Shown here piece after piece: positions 57,169-64,000 of a stretch of DNA of 64,000 nt; the stretch's first letter is position 1, and the number at the start of each line of letters is the position of its first letter. Under the pieces are notes generated by a model. It saw only the letters and a program-made list of their open reading frames with translations. It was not told the origin of the DNA and ran no database searches. The stretch comes from an uncultured Candidatus Saccharibacteria bacterium (lineage in GTDB: Bacteria > Patescibacteriota > WWE3 > UBA101185 > UBA10185): assembly GCA_964387275.1 (NCBI GenBank), contig CAYLVW010000002.1, positions 63,286 through 127,285 on the forward strand, in the 5' to 3' direction. The position numbers and the translations under genes are program-made.

Positions 57169-57738
57169 ATGGATTTTATTTTTAAGACTTTCATAAAAGA
57201 CCCAAAAGACACTTGTTATGATGGTGAAGATAGGGATGAAAGAATTTTATATGTGATTAGGAAAAGCTGGATCATAATTTTTAGATGGATGATTATTTTT
57301 GTATTAATGTTAGTAGCCCCCCAATTTATTTTTCCAATAATCTTTGATTCCTTTGGTGGAGCAAGTAATTTCTTCTCGCCTCAATTTTTATTTATAACAA
57401 ACGTGTTCTGGTACTTAGTAAGCTTAGGTTTTTTCCTACAAAATTTTATGAATTGGTATTTCAGCGTTAATGTCATCACCAACAAAAAAATTATTGATGT
57501 AGATTTCAAAGGATTACTATACAAAAATATTTCTGAGGCACCATTAGACAATATAGAAGATGTAACATCAAACATTAGCGGGACCTTAAAAGTAATTTTC
57601 AACTATGGCAACATATTAATTCAAACCGCCGCTGAAAAAACAGAGTTTGAGTTTGAAGACATAGATAACCCCTCTAAAGTCAGGGATATAATTTCAGACC
57701 TGATAGCGGAACTTGATAAAAACAGAAAGGATAAATAG
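57169..57738 (+). CDS. Membrane protein with a bacterial PH domain
   Basis: Two TMs, ITNKKII, NIEDVT, NYGNILIQTA. Confidence 0.8.
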   Translation: MDFIFKTFIKDPKDTCYDGEDRDERILYVIRKSWIIIFRWMIIFVLMLVAPQFIFPIIFDSFGGASNFFSPQFLFITNVFWYLVSLGFFLQNFMNWYFSVNVITNKKIIDVDFKGLLYKNISEAPLDNIEDVTSNISGTLKVIFNYGNILIQTAAEKTEFEFEDIDNPSKVRDIISDLIAELDKNRKDK

Positions 57739-57741
57739 CTT

Positions 57742-57969
57742 ATGGATTCTTTACCAACAACAATAAATATTGGGGCTACATTTGAACTACTAATTTTTGG
57801 TATGCAGTTGCTTTATGTTTTTTTTGCTTTCTTACTAACAAGACAGGCTGCACTTATGCACAGAAGTTTTACCACAAAAGCTTCCCCGCTTTTTATGGCA
57901 ATAGCTAATGTACACTTCTTTGCATCTTTCGGCGTTGCATTTCTTTCTTTTCTAATAATTTTCAAATAA
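57742..57969 (+). CDS. Small 2-TM protein (DUF5657-like)
   Basis: LYVFFAFLLTRQAALM pattern. Confidence 0.6.
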   Translation: MDSLPTTINIGATFELLIFGMQLLYVFFAFLLTRQAALMHRSFTTKASPLFMAIANVHFFASFGVAFLSFLIIFK

Positions 57970-59631
57970 ATGAAAAAGTCGCTGCTAACAAAAATTCAAA
58001 AAATAACCCCTAACTACTCACAAAGAACCGGTTCTTTTTCGAACACAATAATCATAAACGCTGAAACCGAAGAACTATTGGAAAGAAAAGGTAATGTTTA
58101 TTGTGTTTTTTCAATTAGCAGCTCACAAGAAATTGATGCAAGCGTAACTACAAAAATAATACAAGATTATATTCACGATACTTATTACCAGTCTGACTCT
58201 GTATCCCCAACTCAAACTATAGAAAAGTGTATTAATGAAATTAAAGATAAAGTGATCAAAATAACCAACGATACGTCTACTGAACTTAATATGGTGTGTG
58301 GTGTGCTTTGGGGTAATGTCTTCTATTATGTTTTGTATGGATCTGGGTGTGGTTATTTAGTAAGAGATGGTGTCGATAAAACGATAAACCCAAACTCAGA
58401 AGGAAGGTTCTCATCTGCCTCAGGGATAATTAAGGATCAGGATGTTATCGTACTAGCCACCGAAAAATTTGCTGAAGAATACACACCAAGTAAACTCCTA
58501 AGCACCTCGATATCAATTCAAAACCTTACCCCACTATCCGCATGCCTAATAATCAAGGCTGTTGTTGATAACTCATTCTCTGAACAGGAAAAACTAAACA
58601 TTAAATCCCCGTCATCTCAAAAACAAACACAAAAAATTCAAAAACAAAAAAAACCACTTTCTCTGCTAGGTTTTCTTGCTAAAAGTAAAGCACTGATACT
58701 AATTCTGCCAATAGTAGCTACATTAAGTGCGATTGGAATTGGCATATATTTTTTCTTAAAACAACCATCTACTAACAAAGTGGCTCAAAACATCAACACC
58801 CCAAATAAAAGCACTGAGGTAATGGGGGTTGCTACAACACCTACCCCAACGCCAGTTCCAACGCCAACAGAAAAAACTACAAAAAATGATTTCCAAGTCT
58901 ATTATGACCTCACCTTAGTAACCTCAGCGGTTACTCCAAGTGAAATTGCTATATTAGGAGACAATATATTTATAGCAGATAAAACAGCTGGCAAAATCTA
59001 CACCAGCACCTTAGAAACCCCAAAATTCACAGAAATACCCACAATATTTCCGAGTATACGTAATTTAAGAACACGCAAAGACTCTCTAACCTTTCTGGAT
59101 AACACTGGGTATAAAATAGTAAACCCAACTGATGGTAGTGTTACTTTGTCTTATAATGCCGATTTTGAGGTCTCTTCAAACTACCTAGACTTTATTTATG
59201 CTAATACCGGTTCTAGCTTATATAGATACTCAATCTCAGGAGACACACTAACTCAGACTCTATGGGGAGATAGCAACTTGTTCAATAATATGAGAAGTAT
59301 GTCTATTGCAATAAACATTTATACAATTGACCAAAATGGTGAAGTACACAGATTCAGTAAAGGTGCACTCGAAGATTTTGAATTAAATGGCTTAGCCAAA
59401 AAACTTGTAAACCCAACCAAAATACTTACTCACATAGATTATGATCATTTATATATCCTAGACACGTCAGGCAATAAAATTTCGATTTTTGATAAAGATG
59501 GGGTATTTATAGCCCACGTGATGCATTCAAATCAAAACGCCTGGACAAATCTCAAAGACATAGCCATAGACCCAGACGAAACTAAAATGGCTGTTCTAGA
59601 CGGCACAAAGGTCTACCTATTAAATTTGTGA
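57970..59631 (+). CDS. Bitopic protein: degenerate PP2C-like cytoplasmic domain, TM, extracellular beta-propeller
   Basis: G.G.GYLVRDG and SASG..KDQDVIVLAT PP2C-fold strands; NHL-like repeats (LYILD..GNKISIFDKDG). Confidence 0.6.
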   Translation: MKKSLLTKIQKITPNYSQRTGSFSNTIIINAETEELLERKGNVYCVFSISSSQEIDASVTTKIIQDYIHDTYYQSDSVSPTQTIEKCINEIKDKVIKITNDTSTELNMVCGVLWGNVFYYVLYGSGCGYLVRDGVDKTINPNSEGRFSSASGIIKDQDVIVLATEKFAEEYTPSKLLSTSISIQNLTPLSACLIIKAVVDNSFSEQEKLNIKSPSSQKQTQKIQKQKKPLSLLGFLAKSKALILILPIVATLSAIGIGIYFFLKQPSTNKVAQNINTPNKSTEVMGVATTPTPTPVPTPTEKTTKNDFQVYYDLTLVTSAVTPSEIAILGDNIFIADKTAGKIYTSTLETPKFTEIPTIFPSIRNLRTRKDSLTFLDNTGYKIVNPTDGSVTLSYNADFEVSSNYLDFIYANTGSSLYRYSISGDTLTQTLWGDSNLFNNMRSMSIAINIYTIDQNGEVHRFSKGALEDFELNGLAKKLVNPTKILTHIDYDHLYILDTSGNKISIFDKDGVFIAHVMHSNQNAWTNLKDIAIDPDETKMAVLDGTKVYLLNL

Positions 59632-59732
59632 GTCTCAATAAAACTCCCTTCTCCCCTAACCTTTTTACAACCTATAGTATTTGTAGTATAATAGTGGAAG
59701 GTCAAATTAACCTCAAAAGAAAGGTCACTCTG

Positions 59733-60101
59733 ATGAAGTTTTTCCTCCTAATCGTACTGTCCACATTTATTATGTGGGTTGGGGCCAGTGTTGCCATGGG
59801 CAACACCTCCCCACAAAGCGTCGTGGAGGCTCCCGAGCAGACGCTCGGAGAAGCCGTAAACATGAGTGTGATTGGGTGTGGAGACACCCAAATATATAAC
59901 AACCTCCCCATGAGGGAAGTTGTCGTCAGGAATACCAATGGGGCTGTCAATGCCTACGCCTATCAGCAAAAGGCTGATGGCAGCCGTCGGGAGTATTTTC
60001 TGGATAAGTTTACCGATATCGGGAAATACCAGGTTTCCTGGGATGCTCCAGGTGTCGGAACGTTAACGTTCGGTTTAATGATCGAGGAGATCTGCCGATA
60101 A
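59733..60101 (+). CDS. Secreted hypothetical protein, visibly GC-richer than its neighbours
   Basis: GAAAGGT upstream of MKFFLL; signal peptide; own TATAAT and downstream hairpin. Confidence 0.65.
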   Translation: MKFFLLIVLSTFIMWVGASVAMGNTSPQSVVEAPEQTLGEAVNMSVIGCGDTQIYNNLPMREVVVRNTNGAVNAYAYQQKADGSRREYFLDKFTDIGKYQVSWDAPGVGTLTFGLMIEEICR

Positions 60102-60107
60102 CCAACA

Positions 60108-60158
60108 CCCCTGTTTTTAGATCTGTGCTTTGCACAAATTCTACTGACAGGGGCTTTC
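60108..60158 (+). terminator. Intrinsic terminator-like hairpin
   Basis: CCCCTGT...ACAGGGG followed by CTTTC. Confidence 0.55.
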
Positions 60159-60339
60159 TATAACTATGGGGTATTTCATACTTTCTGGATGTGATAAAAT
60201 TACGTATCTAAAGTGTTGGTACGAATAAGTTAAATATTGACTTTAAGCCCTGTCATCAAGTAAAATGACACTCGCTTCTCTCGTTTTGCATTTGAAGAGA
60301 AAAATAAAGGTGAAAGTCACTTTTGGTTTTTAAAAACTA

Positions 60340-60693
60340 ATGTTAGAAAAAAAGTTTATTAAAGAAAATTTAGAAAAAACTTTTTGCTACAAATGCGGGA
60401 CTAGCTTAGCAAGCGCAAAAGTAAGCCCAATTACAGAAGCATCAATTGTAGTTATAGCTCATGCGGTTTGCACAAAGTGCCAAGCAGAAAGTATGATTAC
60501 AATAACTTCTAATGGTAGTGGTTCTGTGCCTCATATCTCTGATATGGGAAGTGAAGAAATTAAGAAGTTTATTCGTCTTAAGCCAGTAACTTACGACGAG
60601 ATAATTGACCTGCACCTAGCTTTAAAGAAAGAAAATATATGGAAATTAATGCACAAAAAAGATCCCATCTCGGGAAAAAAATTAAAGAAATAA
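60340..60693 (+). CDS. Zn-ribbon-like hypothetical protein
   Basis: CYKC...CTKC; overlaps rplY by 55 nt. Confidence 0.7.
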   Translation: MLEKKFIKENLEKTFCYKCGTSLASAKVSPITEASIVVIAHAVCTKCQAESMITITSNGSGSVPHISDMGSEEIKKFIRLKPVTYDEIIDLHLALKKENIWKLMHKKDPISGKKLKK

Positions 60694-61340
60694 AAACTCA
60701 TTTAGAGACACCAGCAGTTTTGTTTGGTAAGGGTCTTGAATCACAACCTTTGATGATAAACACTTTTCAATTCACTAAGGTTTTAAAAGAAGCCGGGGAA
60801 ACTACACTTGTTGATTTAATTATCCAAGACGGCAAAACAGAAAAAGTACTCGTTAAGGATGTTCAGCTAGATCCAATTACTTTAAAACCAGCTCACGTTA
60901 GTTTTTATAAAGTAAACTTAAAAGAAAAAATCAACGCTAACATACCTGTAGAAATTATTGGAGACGAAATAAACCCATTAATAAAATCTGGGGAGGGTGT
61001 TGTATTAATCTTGATGAATGAAATTGAAGTAGAAGCATTACCTTCAGATCTACCAAGAAAATTTGAAATAAACGTAGCAGAAATCGCAAACTTGGGAGAT
61101 GGTGTTACTTTTGGACAACTACAATATGATAGAAGTAAGGTAGAGGTATTAGGGCACGAAGAAGACGATCTGGTGGTAAAGATTGACCATGCAGGTATGG
61201 CCGAAGAAGAGGTTGTTGCAGAACCTGTATCTGAAGCGGATGCAATTGCAAAAGTAGCAGCAACTAAAGAACTAACTGAAGAAGAAAAAGCAAAAAGAGC
61301 TGCTGAAAAAACAGACGATAAGGGCAAAGATAAGAAATAA
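60639..61340 (+). CDS. rplY: 50S ribosomal protein L25/Ctc
   Basis: PAVLFGKG, VKDVQLDP, HVSFY, EVEALPSDLP. Confidence 0.93.
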   Translation: MEINAQKRSHLGKKIKEIKTHLETPAVLFGKGLESQPLMINTFQFTKVLKEAGETTLVDLIIQDGKTEKVLVKDVQLDPITLKPAHVSFYKVNLKEKINANIPVEIIGDEINPLIKSGEGVVLILMNEIEVEALPSDLPRKFEINVAEIANLGDGVTFGQLQYDRSKVEVLGHEEDDLVVKIDHAGMAEEEVVAEPVSEADAIAKVAATKELTEEEKAKRAAEKTDDKGKDKK

Positions 61341-61363
61341 GTTAGTGTTCTTCCGACTTTTTT

Positions 61364-61436
61364 AAGCTCCGAAGTTCGGGGCTTTTTTTGTAAACAAAAA
61401 AAGCCCCTTGTAGATGAAAACTCACCTAAAAGGGGC
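61364..61436. terminator. Back-to-back intrinsic terminators for rplY (+) and the M23 gene (-)
   Basis: AAGCTCCGAAGTTCGGGGC-T7 on +; GCCCCT...AGGGGC-T7 on -. Confidence 0.75.
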
Positions 61437-61444
61437 ATAACAAA

Positions 61445-62758
61445 CTATCTCTCATCGAGATACTTATCCAAGAAGATCTGAAAATCCCTATGATTTCGAT
61501 AATCCGACTGGGTAATACCCTTATACAAGGCTACCGCACAAAACCAACGTTCCTCTCCTTCATAAGTAGCTCCACAAACTCCATACTTCTGAAGGAAAAT
61601 CTCATCTGCATCCTGCATATGAGAATCCACATCATACAAAACCAGGTTAGGGTTTAGATGAGAATGGACGGCAAGATAAATTTGCCCCACACCAATAGCA
61701 CCCAACTCATTAATCTTAATGAATTCTGTACCTTCCCAACAGTGACTAAAATTACTCTCAGATTCCCAAAGAGCAAGTTGAATTCTTGTGGGAATACCAA
61801 GGCTTAAAGCCAAGGATCTTGCTTTTTCCCGCAACTCTTCTTTAGAAAAGGTACAAGAGGTACCACCATAAATCTGAGGCTTCTCCGTTCTAACCCCAGT
61901 TAGATTTACAGTCTCTGGGTCAATAAATTTACCGTCCTTCCAAAGCGCTTGGTGACAATGAGGGCCGGTAGAATTTCCCGTACTACCTTGTCTACCAATA
62001 ATCTGCCCTGAGTTTACGAAAGTTCCAACATCAGGCATATCTTGACCTGTTAGGTGACCACAAAGCCACATATATTCCGAGGGGTTTGACCCATCGGGGT
62101 TGGCCAAAATGCTCTTAAGAATTACTGTAAAACCAGATACCCACAGATCTACCGCCATCCTATCAGTTTTTTCATCAATGTAACCGGATCCTACAACAAC
62201 TGCAGGAAACGGTGCAACAATAGGAACATCGTAAAGACTTCTACCCACATCACTCAAACCACAAGATGTATCCAAACCAGGATGTGGTTGCGATATAGAA
62301 AATCTGTAACCAGTAATAACGGTGTTAACCCCCTTTTCACATGGAGGCATAATGACCCCACCATTGATTACAGGAACAACCACCTCAGGATCCACAGTTG
62401 AAAAACCGCCAGTACTACTAATACCAAAACCCCCATTATCAGATGCATACGCTACAATAAACTTTTTGATAGCATCCACTGAGTAAATTGAAGCATTAGG
62501 TGCAGCGCTTGAATCAAAACCAAAGTTAGGAAGCGCTGGTACTTCAACCGATACCTGAGTAGAAACAACTGTAGGTAACTGGGTCGCAGCAGTAGGACTT
62601 ACAGTTAACAAACTTGTGTAATCTTTAGTAGGTGAAATCTGTGATTCACTGGGTTTTGGTACGATAGATGGGTTGGTATAAGCTAGCACTCCCATTAAAA
62701 CCCCAAAAGCCAAACCAAGTACAACAATAATCTCTATAACATGAGATTGTTTGTTCAT
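61445..62758 (-). CDS. Membrane-anchored M23 peptidase fused to an SLT-like lytic transglycosylase domain
   Basis: HPGLD and GSTGNSTGPHCH (M23); LWESESNF, GAIGVGQI, AVALYKG (SLT motifs I-III). Start MNKQSH at 62758 after GGAG. Confidence 0.8.
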   Translation of the reverse strand: MNKQSHVIEIIVVLGLAFGVLMGVLAYTNPSIVPKPSESQISPTKDYTSLLTVSPTAATQLPTVVSTQVSVEVPALPNFGFDSSAAPNASIYSVDAIKKFIVAYASDNGGFGISSTGGFSTVDPEVVVPVINGGVIMPPCEKGVNTVITGYRFSISQPHPGLDTSCGLSDVGRSLYDVPIVAPFPAVVVGSGYIDEKTDRMAVDLWVSGFTVILKSILANPDGSNPSEYMWLCGHLTGQDMPDVGTFVNSGQIIGRQGSTGNSTGPHCHQALWKDGKFIDPETVNLTGVRTEKPQIYGGTSCTFSKEELREKARSLALSLGIPTRIQLALWESESNFSHCWEGTEFIKINELGAIGVGQIYLAVHSHLNPNLVLYDVDSHMQDADEIFLQKYGVCGATYEGEERWFCAVALYKGITQSDYRNHRDFQIFLDKYLDER

Positions 62759-62810
62759 TTCTCTCTTCTCCTGATTTTGATCTCTCGTCTCCACACACCT
62801 TAAGATGTAT

Positions 62811-62858
62811 GAAAAAGAAAGGGTGAGAAGGTTGGTTTGTAACCAAATCCTTCTCACC
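62811..62858 (-). terminator. Intrinsic terminator
   Basis: GGTGAGAAGG...CCTTCTCACC stem followed by CTTTCTTTTT on the minus strand. Confidence 0.65.
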
Positions 62859-62867
62859 ACAGGTGAG

Positions 62868-64000
62868 CTAATCTTGCGCACCCAATAACTTAAGCAAATT
62901 GCTTAAAGAAACTTGATCACCAATGGTAAAAGGGTCCCCAAACCCAGAGTAAACAGTATAGAAAACAAACCATGTACCAATAGTACCCTCAGGGTCTGTA
63001 CAAAACGTATTTCCATACGACCTAGACGTTACTTGTTCGACGTAAGAATTACCATATCTGGAAAGATCCAAGTTAATTCTTAGTACTGTAGGACAGCTTG
63101 ATAACATGTATTGATACGCCGCTACCCCAGGCATAGAATCCGAAGTGTACTTCACATAATCCACAACCTTATAGGTTCTATCCAGGTTTTCATCCACACC
63201 CATACCAAGTATAGAACTTGCACTCCATACAAAAGAGGCAAGGCTAAAACCAGGCATGTTAACTTCACGAGGAACAGAAGCCGTAAAAGTTACTTTTGGC
63301 GAAGCTTGCGAAAGCTTACTTCCGGCGACATTCGGAACTTCCACAATTGTAGACATTTCCACAACTGAATAAGTATCCTGAGCTAACCCAGGTTCTAGAG
63401 GATTTTCCCTCTCATACAATATATCTTCTACCCTAGCAGCATTCGTTTGAATTTGGTCCTTTGCCTCATCCAAACCAATGGATCTCAATGCATACAACGT
63501 CCAGATAGAATTACTAATAATAATTTGGTTTTCAGGACTTACATCCCATCTGGAATGATCCAAAAACAAATTTACAGTACCCTCATAGACATCAAGACCT
63601 TCTTGATCAGTCTTAGATGCTCTCCAAAGTAAGTCAGAATAATAAACCAACTTATCTGGACTATCCTCTCCATAACCACCCAACCAAGCTTTAGCAATAC
63701 CGGCTTGGTATTGAGTTAAGGTATTTGAATACTGCTCAGGCGTAAGCCCAGTTGTATCCAAAAACCCAACAACTCGAACCTCCTTAACCTCTACTGTAAC
63801 AATCTCGGCATCAGGAACCGAAGAGATATCCAAATCAAAATCCGGCAAAGCAGAGCTTTCCGAAATGATGTCTGTACCTCTATACGGAGTATCTGTGTTA
63901 GCAATAGCCACAACAGTCGGAATAAGAGATTCGGGCTTCTTTCCAGTCATGCCCAAAATCTGAAAAGTTCCAAAAGCAATAACAACTACAAGAAAAATCA
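62868..64000 (-). CDS. Membrane-anchored hypothetical protein (5' end outside the window)
   Basis: Frame open to the window end and including a hydrophobic IFLVVVIAFGTF segment. Confidence 0.65.
   Translation of the reverse strand, partial: IFLVVVIAFGTFQILGMTGKKPESLIPTVVAIANTDTPYRGTDIISESSALPDFDLDISSVPDAEIVTVEVKEVRVVGFLDTTGLTPEQYSNTLTQYQAGIAKAWLGGYGEDSPDKLVYYSDLLWRASKTDQEGLDVYEGTVNLFLDHSRWDVSPENQIIISNSIWTLYALRSIGLDEAKDQIQTNAARVEDILYERENPLEPGLAQDTYSVVEMSTIVEVPNVAGSKLSQASPKVTFTASVPREVNMPGFSLASFVWSASSILGMGVDENLDRTYKVVDYVKYTSDSMPGVAAYQYMLSSCPTVLRINLDLSRYGNSYVEQVTSRSYGNTFCTDPEGTIGTWFVFYTVYSGFGDPFTIGDQVSLSNLLKLLGAQD

Noticed and set aside
565-63632. Many antisense or nested ORFs in the track (e.g. 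565-996, 24595-25290, 43369-44115, 48904-49491, 60905-61438)
   Set aside because: They lie opposite or inside well-supported genes and have no motifs.
1-64000. CRISPR array, integrase, transposase, prophage, reverse transcriptase/DGR
   Set aside because: I saw no regularly spaced repeats or such genes, and no duplicated 3' ends of tRNA-Cys or tmRNA. The Cas4-like nuclease is fused to UvrD and the baseplate-J-like gene has no phage neighbours.
1-64000. Alternative genetic code (TGA=Gly, as in Gracilibacteria/Absconditabacteria)
   Set aside because: Conserved genes are intact under code 11 and TGA is used as a stop in ATGA overlaps.

Overview
AT-rich, gene-dense bacterial chromosome segment using genetic code 11. 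The gene content (PEGA/SH3 protein, VirB2-like pilin array, VirD4/VirB6-like proteins, FtsA next to a baseplate-J-like gene, leaderless promoters) points by inference to Patescibacteria/CPR, probably WWE3 or Microgenomatia type. It is mostly housekeeping: alaS (partial), tRNA-Cys, two UvrD-family helicases, a FemABX pair, rsmA, trxA-gap-pgk-tpiA, holA, sortase, rpsT, murJ, lepA, hrcA-grpE-dnaK with a CIRCE-like site, ssrA-smpB and rplY. The main find is a minus-strand cassette at 5180-9787. It encodes an OmpR-type regulator, an unannotated 34-aa peptide ending in ...PWQD, a multi-TM histidine kinase, and a 597-aa fusion of a class II terpene-cyclase domain (DDLDDT) with an isoprenyl-synthase/ComQ-like domain. 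This resembles a Bacillus comQXPA-like prenyl-tryptophan peptide quorum-sensing system with an added cyclase. The second find is a ferredoxin plus a half-size aldehyde:ferredoxin-oxidoreductase-like gene inserted between pgk and tpiA. All assignments come from motif reading by eye; no database searches were run.
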